A stretch of DNA of 64,000 bases, taken from Octopus sinensis (lineage: Eukaryota). The position numbers and the translations under genes are program-made. Location of the stretch: assembly GCF_006345805.1 (NCBI RefSeq), contig NC_043018.1, positions 4,092,001 to 4,156,000 on the forward strand. The letters run 5' to 3'. Position 1 is the stretch's first letter, and every line of letters starts with the position of its first letter. Shown in pieces: positions 1-12,426 of this stretch. The notes below the pieces were generated by a model that searched no databases, had not been told where the DNA came from, and worked only from the letters and a program-made list of their open reading frames with translations.

Positions 1-3000
1 ACCCCCCTTGCTCAGGTCTTTCTGGACCAGTGTCACAACTCCCTGGCTCACAGAACTGGGAATCCTCCCATTCTGTTGCCAGTTTGCATAGACACCTGCC
101 AGTATATCCCTGAACAAGTCCGGCATACAACGATAAAACTCATAGGGCAAACCATCTAGCCCCAGCGACTTTTCCCTGGCACACTCAGCCAACACCTCTC
201 TTACCTCTGCGGGAGTGATTGGTCCTTCACAGCATTCAGCCTCACGTGCCAAGAGTCGCGGTCCACCAGTTAGGAAGTCCTTTAAGGTCTCTCCCCGCTC
301 AAGCGGACCACTTTCCCTGAACAACCGAGCGAAATGCTGGTGAAAGACTTTCTGCATCTTCTCCTCTCCATAGATCTTGCGCCCCTGTTCATCCGTTAAA
401 GACTTTATAGAGGACTTTTTACTTCTCTGATTCTCCTCACGACGAGCCCATCCAGCAACATTAATACCTTCTCGTTTCCCTGCATGTAGCTTAGCTCTGA
501 CTCTGCAATCTTCATGCTTGGCATTGAGGTGACGGTACAAGACTGTTCTCGCTGCCAACACTCTAGATGCAGAGCCAGATTCCATTGCCTCATCTAAGTT
601 CTTAACTAAATCGCCCTCTGTTCTAGTCCTATCTAAACCCAGCTGCTTGCTAAATCTAATGGACGCCAAACGGATGGCTCTTTTGTGGGTGTGCCACCAT
701 CTATTGTTAATGATGGTGCCAATAATGCCCTCTGAACTAACACCTTAATCCGGGTACAGAAAGCTTCACAAGTCAAAATGGACATGTTCATTTTCCAATA
801 CCCGGGTCTCTGTCTATGACATTTATCTATGTGTACCTCACACGTCACAAGTTTGTGATCTGTGTAAGGCACAATACAAAATTGTAGACAACTAACACTA
901 TCTCTTTCTTTAATAAATACCCTATCTAGTTACGATCTGCGTGAGCCGTCATTGTTACTCCATGTCCACTTTGGAACGCTTGGCTCATCCAGTCAGTAAT
1001 GGTCTACTAGATTATAGCTCTGTAGTAGACATTTGAGGCAAGGATTCCCTTTCCTATCAGTTGAGCCCACACTATTGACCTGCGCTTCGAGGATAGTGTT
1101 GATGTCCCCTAAAAAAACTAACGTTTTAGACGTCACTAGAAAGTGCTCCAGTTCCTGATAAAAACCTGACTGCATACCCTTCTGAGAAGCATATACAGCT
1201 ACCAACCTGAAGGATTGTGTACTCACGTATGTCACATCTAGTACAACCAGCCTACCTTCTGGGTCCAGAAAGACAGTACTTATCTGTAAGTCCAAGTTCT
1301 TCCTGATAAGGACTGCCATGCTTGCACCCCCTCCTTGGCTAGGAGAAATAAATTTCTCGTAACCACTCAGAAGAGACGAGAATGCTTGAGGTCCACTCAT
1401 CTTGGACTCGGTTACAATAGCCACATCTATTCTATGTGTCATGAGGTCGTTCAGGAAACAAGCCTGTTTCCATCTCAACCCCATTCCATGCACATTTAAA
1501 CAACCTAACTTAATCATTGAAGAAAGAAAACAAATTTGTAAAAGGGGACATGGCAAGTTTTTGTCTGCCTGCTTCCCCAAAACTCTCCGTAGTTGCTGGG
1601 CTTTTCACCTGTTAGAATGGCTGCCAGGCTGATAACTAGCTTCCCGGCTATCACCTCCTGGGTGACATCTTTGATTAAATTGTCTTTAACATGTTCTTAG
1701 AGCAGTTTTCCTTTCCACTCCTCCCCTCTGACTTTGGCATAATGAATGTCAGACTCTTTGTCTGTCACCTTAAAAAATTTAATGTGTGGGTGTGCTTTAA
1801 TCAAGCATAAAACCCTCTCATTTTTAACATTGAAAGCAACAATCCTGTCTGTTTTTTAAAGCCTTTTAGTGTTAGGGTGGGTGGGCTATGTTGAAACACT
1901 GTCCTGTCCTATCAACGTAGCACTGGCGGGGGATAGGATTGGAAAATTTTTTGTCATTGTTCGTTGGTGTTTGTAGTTTTCCTTTTTGTTTGGGGAGGGG
2001 AGTCTGGGGGTGCTATCTTTTTTCCATTTGTAGGTAACTGCTGTGTATTCCATATCTTCTTGTTCATTTTCTTTTGTTTGTTTTTTTCTTCTTCCTTTTG
2101 TTTTTCATTCTGTTTTTCATTTTCTTTCCATCCTTCTGTTTTTCATTTTGTTGTTTTTGTTATTTTCTTTTGTTAGTGCTGTGTTTTCCTGTTTCTTTTT
2201 CTCTGTGTTTTTCTCCATGGTTTGGGGAGGAACCTCGACTGCTCTTTTCTTTGTGCAGGTAGAGCGAACGTGGCCCTTTTGCCCGCACTTAAAACACCTG
2301 GACCTATGTCCCTCCATCGATACACAAATTGTATGCCCCTCCCCCACAAAGACTCTATCTGGCAAATTTTCTAATGTTGAGTTATCTGCTTGTATCACCA
2401 TTTCAGGATTGTTAATTTCCCTTCGATGTCAAATATTACATGACTTCGTAACCAACAGGTATCTCCTCAACCATTGCTTTTGCCGTTTGATGACCCAAAT
2501 ACATAGGCAGCAACATAATCTCCTCACACTTCAGTGTTTGAGTCGAAATTTCTTTTGCTACGTTAGCTGACTCGAAATGTGCTTCTATTGTAGTACTTCT
2601 TACACCTCGGTTAACGTAGCAAATCTTGTTCCATATTGGTGCCATACATCATTCAATGACTTCATTTTTTACTTCAGTAATTCTTTTATCCTTTATACTG
2701 CAAATTTTATAAACAACAGTTTTTTCTTGAATTGCCTGAACAGTTTCAGGGGGTGGTATCACCTTAGTTTCTTCTCTGTTTTTTAAAAATTAATTTTCTG
2801 AACTGGAAGAGCTTGTCCATGGCTACTTCCAGTTCAGTGACATTACCACCTATGGTGGCTGAAAAACTTTGTTTTTCCTGGTTATCCTTTGGTTTTTTGT
2901 TGTTATTTTTAACTTCTCCCATCTCTGGAAAATCCATATTGGATGTGAGGTCAAAATCCATACTTGTTGCAAATGACAAGAAAAACTTGTCACCAAAATT

Positions 3001-3140
3001 TTCAAAAATAACAGTTCACAAAAATATCAGAAATTTTCTGCCCCATAGGGTGAAAATTACTGTTTATCAAAAGACAGCAGTTCAAATAAATGTACAGTAA
3101 CACACAATAACAATAAAAACACAAACAGAAACGAACTCAT
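1..3140 (-). mobile_element. Tx1/L1-clade non-LTR retrotransposon, decayed; 3' part runs off the window start
   Basis: ORF1 pieces 2764-2979, 2436-2645 and 2117-2401 with CCHC knuckle CFKCGQKGHVRSTC. ORF2 APE endonuclease in 993-1580 (KLGCLNVHG, VTESK, VAVYAS, LGDIN). Positions 1-360 translate on - to RT N-terminal motifs EKSLGLDGLPYEFY...GVVTLVQK. Multiple stops and frameshifts. Confidence 0.9.
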
Positions 3141-4044
3141 GTAACGATTGGGTAGCAAATGAAAATAATGACGCGTAACTGAGGAAAAATTGTTCGGCTA
3201 GAGGTGGTGCTGCCAAATTCCTGTTTGAAATATATAGTTTTCAAAGTGACAACTACTCACTAATTTATTAAGAAATTCCCTTGTTTGAAAATATAAGGAC
3301 ACAGATCGTGTTAAATAGCCAACTGGAGATGATGTCTCCTGCGGTTAAATTACAGCAACATTTGTCTTAAATTAGGATTGCCATGTTATGTTGGCAAACA
3401 ATCTTTACTACAAAGTACTGTTGCTGAATATCTCATGTTGTGAGATTTAAAAATAGTAGTTTTCTAACATGAGAGGAATTGATTTATAGTTACATGTGCA
3501 CGCACACACACACACACAGCTTCCACACAGTTTGTATGAATGTCACTCACAAGGTATTGGGCAGTCTCGAGTTTATAGTAGAAAAGACTTAACCAAGGTG
3601 GCCCTCGGGTGCATTAGAAGCAAAGCTGCAAAAGGAATTTCTTAACCACCTAGCTTTACCTGCACCTGAGATGTTCTTGTAAAATTCTAAGTTTAACTGT
3701 TTGTTTCAATGTGTATTTGAACTTTTGCTTACTTTTGTGGTCATAGTGGTTGTGAGGTCAGGGTGGGTAGGTGGAAAATGTTCCATCATGGGAAAAAAAT
3801 GTACTCCTTAATTTAGAAAACTATTTTTAGCTAACCTCTTTAGCATTCAGATTACTCTGTCTAATATGTTTTTTTATTCACATTGTTTTGAATTAATCAT
3901 TCATTATCTTGTAGATTTTGAGATTTAGATGATGTGATTGTTTATTTTCAGAATGACATTGTGGGTTGGGTGTGAGAAGTCAGATATGGCCAGTATGAAT
4001 ATGAAACAGACCAAATAGGGGACAGACACAAGGATGCACACACA

Positions 4045-4700
4045 TATACGTCGTCATTATCATTGTTTAATGTCCGGTTTCCATGCTGGTATGGGTTGGA
4101 CAGTTTGCCCGGAGCTGGCTAGCAGGGAGCTATCCACACTCCAAGTGTCTGTCGTGGCTTGGTTTCTATGGCTAAATGTTCTTCCTAATGCCAACCACCT
4201 AATAGAGTATGTTAGGTGCTTCTTTTGTGTCATTGGCATGGGTGTGTTTATGCAGCACCAGCATGGCTGCTTTTTGAGTGGTACCAGCACCTGAAAAGAC
4301 CAGCCTGTATGTACGGAAGACAGCGATTTTACTTGGCTTGATACAGTATATCAAGTACAGCAAATCACCATCTCCTGGTCCCTTGTCACTTCCATGGTGA
4401 AGCCCAGTGCCTGAAGATCCTTTCTCACCACTTTGTCCCACATACACAGGCATCATGCAATCTGCCTTTCACTTTGAGGGATAGGCCCTTAGTTACCAAC
4501 AAAGAAAGAAGTTCTCTGAACTTTGCCCAGCCCGTTCTTATTCTAGCAACTACACTTTCAGAACTTCTGCGATGGGCTTTCAGTTTCCATCTACCAAATC
4601 CTCTCACAAGGGTTTGGTCAGTAGAAGACATTTCCCCAAGGTGTCATACAGTGGGGCTGAATCTAGAACTATGTAGTCAGGAAGCCAGCTTCTTACAACA
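4045..4700 (-). mobile_element. RTE-clade LINE 3' fragment (RT C-terminus plus 3' UTR)
   Basis: GWAKFRELLSLLVTKGLSLKVKGRLHDACV in ORF 4425-4631. The 3' UTR matches the RTE tail seen elsewhere in the window and ends in a (GAT)-like repeat. Confidence 0.8.
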
Positions 4701-4929
4701 CAACCACACCTGTGCCTAAAATCAGAGTAGATTTATTGTTAGATATTGGAGAAAATTCTGGTAAATTTTAAAACTAGATTTCTTGGTTTAATCTATCCAG
4801 TTTGGTGGATTACATTTCTGAGTTCAAATCAATGCTAGCTCACTTTCACATTTTGCATATCTGATTGGCAGTGGATTCATAAAATAAGCACCAGTCTATG
4901 CAGTTAACTCTGCACATGTCATGTAGTTT

Positions 4930-5810
4930 GTCTGTTGATGCGACAAAGACCATCTAGTCATCCTGGAGTGGGCTTGTTTTGTGAGTCTGCAGATGGCTAG
5001 TGAGGCCAATCTGTGCCTGAAAGAGTCTTTGACAGTATGGACAGGGAATGGTAGTGCCTGCTACAGGGTTGTTAGCTCTGTTCTTCCTGGCTTGTCTGCA
5101 GTCCTCTGCCTAAATAGGACTGCTCAGTCGCCCAGACGGCTGCCAAAATCTACTGCTGCTCCAGGTCAGTGAATAGCGACCCTGTGGCCTGAGCCACCTG
5201 TGTGCAGGTTTGCGGCTATGATTTCCAGTGTACCCACACCTGTCACTTCGTTATGTGCCTGTCACCACAGGACTTTGGGATGAAGGGGTGGAAAGAAGGA
5301 TGAAAGATGACTTGCACGAGGAAACTTTGTTTAAAGTGAGGAAGGGTTGCACATCCCTGGCCTCACTTTCTTGTCCGAGACCGTCTTAACCAGTGGCAAG
5401 ACCAGATTGAGACGACTGGGGACAGAACTGGATGCAGTGAATGACCAAGATGTCCTATAGTGCCTCATCTTGCCCTATGCACTCCACAGTGCCCTGCTGT
5501 AACTGCCCTCTTCTCCGTTGAAACCGTTCTGGTGGTTTCTTCTGCAGAATAAGTTGGCTCCAGTCTTCATATGTGTAGGTAGGCAAGCCCTAACTCGCCG
5601 AAGGTTTAAGACCAGTTGGCTACCCTCACTTGGTTTTGCTGGCTAGTCGAAGCTGTTGCTTAGGATGTGGCTGTTGTTGCATATGAATAGCTACTAGGAG
5701 CCACAAGTGAGAGCTGAGTGCAGGTGGGGTCCAAGGCAGATCAACTATTCCTAGGAGGAGCATGACTGTTGCCCCATCAGAGGTACTAATCCTCCCGTAC
5801 ACTCCATACA
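4930..5810 (-). mobile_element. RTE/BovB-like element with most coding sequence deleted
   Basis: Minus strand near 4960-5110 reads RQARKNRANNP...CPYCQRLFQAQIGLTSHLQTH, the C-terminal C2H2 motif of BovB-like RTEs. No EN or RT motifs lie upstream; the rest looks like a 5' UTR (recollection). Confidence 0.6.
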
Positions 5811-6300
5811 CCCCTCTGCACATATACTCATGCACAGAGGCATGTGCATATGTATGTATATCGTACATGTCATGCGATATCTAATTTTTGGAAGGAGAAA
5901 TCATTAAGGCGCACATTTTCATCAGGAAATCTTCTGCATGTCACAGCTGTCATGGATCTGTTTACAACTTTTGAGCTTATCCTCTTCTTTCTTCATTTTA
6001 CAGGATTTTAAGCTGTGTGAATCATATTTGTTTGAAGAGTTGTTTTACAAGTTTTCCTGTTTAATATCCATATTTTTTTTTCAAATAATTGAATAGGTTG
6101 GTAGGGTTAGTAAATAGTTTCTCACTGTCCACCTCTCTCCACATATTCACAAAATTGTCATTGGTGAGCTAACAAAGGAACCTTCTAGAAAGAGCTCCCA
6201 TATTTCATTCAAACTATACATTAACACCAAAAAAACAACAAAAAAAAACATTGGCTTATATAATTTTAGAAATGGATTAGTTACAGCTGGAGTGACTTTG

Positions 6301-6530
6301 ATTCGAGCTGGCAGAAACGTTAGCACGCCGGGCGAAATGCGTAGCCGTATTTCATCTGCTGTTACGTTCTGAGTTCAAATTCCGCTGAGGTCGACTTTGC
6401 CTTTCATCCTTTTGGGGTCGATTAAATAAGTACCAGTTATGCACTGAGGTCGATATAATCGACTTATCCGTTTGTCTGTCCTTGTTTGTCCTCTCTGTGT
6501 TTATCCCCTTGTGGGTAGTAAAGAAATAGA
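6301..6530 (+). mobile_element. tRNA-derived SINE; further copies on - at about 52085-52316, 53690-53890 and 59180-59640
   Basis: B-box-like GAGTTCAAATTCC at 6371-6383. Body GTCGACTTTGCCTTTCATCC...GTACCAG is shared with the reverse-complement copies. Confidence 0.8.
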
Positions 6531-6740
6531 TTATAGGTCATCTGCTCATTCTAAGCTCACCTGGGACTACAAATCATCATCACTGTTGGTGTTTAGTGAA
6601 GATATAGAAATGACTTCGGTATATATTAGTTTCTTTTCAAATACAAAGCAGAAAACTTTATTGATACAATATATAATCATAGGCATAAGATTGTAGAAGC
6701 TCATTGCATCTATGCACTTTTACTCTTGTGTGTGTGTGTG

Positions 6741-6802
<62 letters not shown>

Positions 6803-6984
6803 TATAGATATAGTGGAAGTCAGAAAAACAGAACATGTTCAGATAAGCAACTCTTGTTTCCAACCTGACACAGATTTAAATCTCATTTTACAGTGCAAAT
6901 TAGAATAAAAACTGCTGAAGACTAATTATATCAAAAAGCTTAATTTTTATTTACATTTTTATTTAGTTTCTTTAATTATATGCA

Positions 6985-8960
6985 GCATTGAGAAATCATT
7001 TCTTGAATTTCACTGATTTGATCCCTTCCAGCTGCAGTGCCTAGGTTTTGATTCTGTATACATCCAAGGTCCCAATCTTGCTAATTATGTATTTTGGAAT
7101 ATCAAAGTTTTTGCAACATTTACCTTATCTTTTCAGCCCATATTTTATAGACATTATTGATCTAAGCATAGGAAGATGTATTTTGTTTTTCAATTTTGAT
7201 TTGATTACATCCATACTACTGAAAACCGTTCAACTTCTGCAGTTGAGTTTGGCAATGTCAACAGATTAATGGCAAAATTTGCAACATCTAAAAGGATTTC
7301 CTCCAGTAGCATCTTTATATTCCAAGACTTCTAGCCAGAATGCCTCAGTATCAGATGTATTTGTCCATTTAACTAAATGAATGTTATGAAACTGAATTTC
7401 AATTGAAGCAATTTTTTCCTTATTTAAATGCATTGCTTTTAAGACAGGTAAAATTGGCTCTTTGAAATGCTGCAAAATATTCTCTACTGAAAAACATTTG
7501 ATGTTCTTCAGTATATTAATATTTTATGGCAAACGGTGCTTGAGCTCTTTAATAAAAGCAGAGTAAAAATTGTACTCTTTTGCGAATATTATTTTCTTTG
7601 GTGGCTGTTACAATCTTTTTCATAATCATTTTTAATATGTTTCTCTCGAACCTGTGGCCTAAATTTGGTTTAGAATCCAGAAATTTTTCAATAGAATCAT
7701 CCAGATCAAGAGGATCAATTCTACATATTGGCAACACTATCATATTAGCAACAAATTTGATTAAATTTGAAAGATCTTCAAGTAATTTTGTTTTGCTGAC
7801 AGTGTTTGATTCGAACAGTTTATTCACTTTCTGAACTTGTTTTAAAATTGGATGCAAAAATAAAAGGTAAAGTTCATTCCTAGAATCACAAAACATTTCA
7901 TGTAACGTAAAGCCTTTTTCTTTGTAGTTGTAGTTTGGAAGTGAGTTTGGATTCAAACCATTGGCTTAAAATTCTATTTACAGCTGGTTCTGTTGAGGGC
8001 CACCTAGTTGTACAAGAATTCACAATCTTCAAAGGCTCTTTTACCATTGATAGCAAGGTAAAGTTGTTTGTAGGTACTTTGTCTTGTTGAAGAATGAGAG
8101 GACCATTTATAGGTTTTGGATACTAAATATTCTAAATTTATGGGCAAGCATTCAGCACAAGTGTGGGATACTGCCAACTGTAAAGAATGACACACCCTTC
8201 TAAATAGAAATAATGATAGAACTTCTTTTAATTTCTGGAAAACACCATTGTTGATTCCTATCATTACTCTACTATTGTCAGTTCCTATACCCAGTAAATG
8301 TTTTATATCTAATTTTTATATCTAACTAGCAGTATCACCCGCTGTTGCTTTAGAATTGGAATTTTTGAAAAGTAAAAATTTTGCATTATGTAGCTTGTTA
8401 TTCTCTTTAAGTGAACATTTTTCTGGTTGAAATACACCGAAAAATGGCGAGTCAAAAAATCGTAAAAAAATAGGGATTTTCATAGAAAAAAAGCACCTTT
8501 TTGATGTAAATAATTTTTGGTGTTAACATGGTCCGATTTGAATTTTTTCTTCTAGGGAAGGAAGAGCAAGCCTTCTATCATACTCTCAATTTTGGTCAAC
8601 TTGCGCTGCAGGGTCTCGGAGAAGATAGTGTTAGTTGAAGGCTACCAAACCTGCCATACACAGTCAACTTCAGCTTTATATATATAGATAATTGGTATGT
8701 GTTCACAAAGTCCAAACGATTAATACGAAAAAACCCTCCAGGCTACATCCTGAAAATTCATTTCTTTGCCGAATTTCTACAATGTTTACGATGATTCGTT
8801 TTTATATCTTGATTTTTTATTTTTCATGCAATCATATTATGATAAATAGCTTCACATAGTTCGTTTTCATTAACTGGTAGACATAAATGTATGATGCTAT
8901 GTCATTGTAACGGTGGTGAACGTGAACAGACGCAAGCTCATTGGCACTTGTGTGTTTGTG
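6985..8960 (-). pseudogene. hAT-superfamily transposase fossil
   Basis: GIGTDNSRVMIGINNGV (catalytic D), VCHSLQLAVS (eroded CxxH), CTTRWPS and C-terminal dimerisation motif LLTLPNSTAEVER-FSSMDVIKSKL, read across frameshifts (ORFs 8004-8264, 7549-7956, 7266-7475). Termini not resolved. Confidence 0.85.
8326..8688 (-). mobile_element. Short non-autonomous Helitron inserted in the hAT fossil
   Basis: On - it starts A|TCTATATATATAAAG (8688) and ends CTAG|T (8326), with no TSD. The 3' hairpin is eroded. Confidence 0.75.
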
Positions 8961-10279
8961 TGGCCTCAGTAGATGAAAAGAAACGGTAGCAGTGTCTTGT
9001 ATGCTTTGGGTAATACTGGCTTCAAAGAGTTGTTTCTTGTATAGTGTCGTGAAAAACTTTTATATTGTCCGTCTATGGTTCTTTGATATAAAGCTACCCT
9101 ACCCCTAGTATTATAGTACAAAATTACCAATTTTAATTTGGTTCTTATTTAAATTAATACCCTTCATCATAATTTTATCTCATGACTTTTTGTTATGTAA
9201 CATTCCAAGCAGCAGATTAATAATGAAAATATTAGTTATTTTACTGTTTTACCAGATTCTTACCTAAGAATAATTGAAACACAGAGACAACAAATTTTAT
9301 AAGAACTATAACCATCTGTTAGCTTTAGTAGAAAGCACAATTTTGTTTTGTTGTAAAAAGGAAGTGGATGAATTTTATGTTGGGAAAATATACAGTAATA
9401 TTATCCCTTATATGTATACACACACAAATTAGCAATTTAAGGGATTCTAATGCAGAGCTTTAGAAAACAGTCAGAATTTGTGGAGTATAAAGTATCTGTT
9501 TTGTACATTCTATGGAGAGCATTAAAATTACTTGTGTGTAAAATATTGTATTTTCTTAAAATATTTTGTCTCTTTAAAACAAATGTATTTGACAAGAAAG
9601 TTGATTGGTTGCTAGGAAGATGATTGAAATAGTTTTAGAAAGGCTTCAGAAGATACAATATTTTGGCCTTTATAACAATCAAATCTTTTTCATAGTTTCT
9701 TCTTATCTATATGCTTCTAACAGCACCAATTTCTACTTAGTTTGATTTTTTAAATAATCCTGTATCTGATATTTTTCAGTGAAGGTTGAGCTATATATCA
9801 GGGTTGTGTGTGGGTGTTGAAAGTGAAACAGTTGTATCCTGGAAGAGTTATGACTTCCATATAAAGTCTATGTGTATGTGTGTGTGTGTGTGTGTGAGTA
9901 CATGCTTGCACACACATATTCATTCAGTTTGTTATATTTTGTGATAGTATTTATACTTTAAAGTATCAAAAAATTAGTCACTGACACAATTCCATTGCAT
10001 GAAGGATAATACATTTCTTGTCAGGAAGAGTGAACATATAAATGATGATGATGATGATGATGATTATATATATATATATATTATATATATATATATACAT
10101 ATATATATAATGTGTGTGTATAATTAGACACACACACACTGGAAAATATAACTATAATGAATATTGTGGTATTCATCTATTTTAAAAGGTTATCTTGGTT
10201 TTACTGTGATGCAGTGGTTGCTAGATGAATTTTATATACTAAGACAGTACTTCTACACATAAGAAAATAAAATCTAACA

Positions 10280-11240
10280 TATGTTGCACGGCAGTGAAAC
10301 ATGGGCTGTGACTGCGGAGGACATGCGTAGGCTCGAAAGAAATGAAGCTAGCATGATCCGCTGGATGTGCAATGTCAACGTCTATGCACGACAGAGTGTA
10401 AGTGCCCTGAGAGAAATGTTGGACTTTTCGGATGCAGCGTGCAGGAGAGACGTTTGTGTTGGTATGGTCATACACTCTGGATGGATGAGGAGAGATTTGT
10501 GAAGAAGTGCCACTCCCAAACTGTTGAAGGAATCCGGGGTAGAGGTAGACCCAGGAAGACATGGGACGAGGTGGTCAAGCATGACCTTCGTACGTTGAAA
10601 CTCACAGAGGCTATGATGAAAGACCGATACCTCTGGAGATATGCTGTGACTGCATATCTCCAGTCACAGCATACCTCCATGCTGTTGTGATACCCATGCT
10701 GGTGGGGCCTTAAAGAAGAAATAACGAAGACTGAGACCTCTGAGATATGCTGTGACTGCGAAGACCCGACAAATGAAATGAGTTCATGGCACGCAGGACA
10801 GCCTGCTTTGCTAAGTGACCTGCTGTTCTTGAGGAGACCTATTGAGTCAAGTATGCCAACATCAAAATAAAAATCAAATGGAAATTGTAGTTAAGATACC
10901 CGTGCTAGTGACACATAAAAAGCACCGTCCAAATGACTGGTGTTCGTGCCAGTGACACATAAAAGCACCGTCCAAATGACTGGTGTTCGTGCCAGTGACA
11001 CATAAAAAGCACCAACCGATTGTGGCCGTTTGCCAGCCGCCCCTCGCCCCTGTGCTGGTGACATGTGAAAAGCACCCACTACACTCACGGAGTGGTTGGC
11101 ATTGTGAAGGGTATCCAGCTGTAGAAACACTACCAGATCAGACTGGAGCCTGGTGTAGCCTCCTGGCTTCCCAGACCCTGGTCGAACCATCCAACCCATG
11201 CTAGCATGGAAAACGGACATTAAACGATGATGATGATGCT
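10280..11240 (+). mobile_element. RTE-clade LINE 3' fragment
   Basis: MLHGSETWAVTAEDMRRLERNEASMIRWMCNV and RGRGRPRKTWDEVVKHDL, then a 3' UTR with AAAAGCACC repeats and a (GAT)n tail near 11227. Confidence 0.85.
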
Positions 11241-11374
11241 GATGTTGCACTGGTCAGCATCATTTTATGTGTGTGTCTGTGTGTGTGTATATATATGTGT
11301 GCACGCACGTGTGTCTGAGTATATATATGTATATATTATACATATGTGTGTGTTTGTATATATATAGTTATATG

Positions 11375-11417
<43 letters not shown>

Positions 11418-11879
11418 ATATAGTTATGTGTATATACAGTAATCCCTCAACTATTGTGGGTGTTATGTTCCAAAACCACCCACAAAAGGTGAAAATCCAA
11501 GAAGTAGAAACAGTACTGTACATTTATTTTTAGTTTTTATTATTTGTATACATTTATTTCATTATAAATGCAAAACAACATGATGAAGGAATTGACATCA
11601 GCTTAAATGATAAACCGAGATAGGTGAACCACGATATGACAAGGGATTACTGTATATATGTGTGTGTGTATATATATTTTTTTATTTGTTTCAGCCATTT
11701 GACTGTGGCCATGTTGGAGCACCACCTATAGTTGAACAAATTAACCCCACAACTTATTCTTTGTATGCCTAATTGTTAGCCTATTGGTCTCTTTTGTTAA
11801 ACTGCTAAGTTACGGGGACATAAACATACCAATATCAGTTGTCAAGCAATGGTGGGAGGACAAACACAGACACACAAAT

Positions 11880-11937
<58 letters not shown>

Positions 11938-11942
<5 letters not shown>

Positions 11943-12134
11943 GTAAATAATATGTTACCATTATACAATACTCAAGATAAAACTCTGAGTTTCAGATGCT
12001 GAAGTGGAAATCCACAACACCATCTCTTCCGTTATCTCGCCGAAGAGATGGTGTTGTGGATTTCCACTTCGGCATCTGAAACTCAGAGTTTTATCTTGAG
12101 TATTGTATAATGGTAACATATTAATTTACAGATA
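11938..12134. repeat. Near-perfect inverted repeat: 92/93-bp arms, 12-nt loop
   Basis: 11938-12029 is the reverse complement of 12042-12134 except one G-T pair and one 1-nt indel. Confidence 0.95.
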
Positions 12135-12201
12135 AATTTCCTCTATTTACATAATATTGAGGTCTCTTTCTTTCTTTTGTTATCTATATATATATATATA
12201 T

Positions 12202-12250
<49 letters not shown>

Positions 12251-12426
12251 TCATCATCATTTAACGTCCATTTTCCATGCTGTCATGGGTTGGATGGTTT
12301 GACTGAGGACTGGCGAGCCAGAAAGCTGCACCAGGCTCCATTCTGATCTGTTCGAAGTTTCTGCAGGTGGATGCCCTTCCTAATGATCTGTTATACACAT
12401 ATATATACATATGTATATACATATGT

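Noticed and set aside
2043-2570. Hydrophobic Phe-rich + strand ORFs resembling membrane proteins (also 39021-39509)
   Set aside because: They are antisense shadows of A-rich transposon ORFs.
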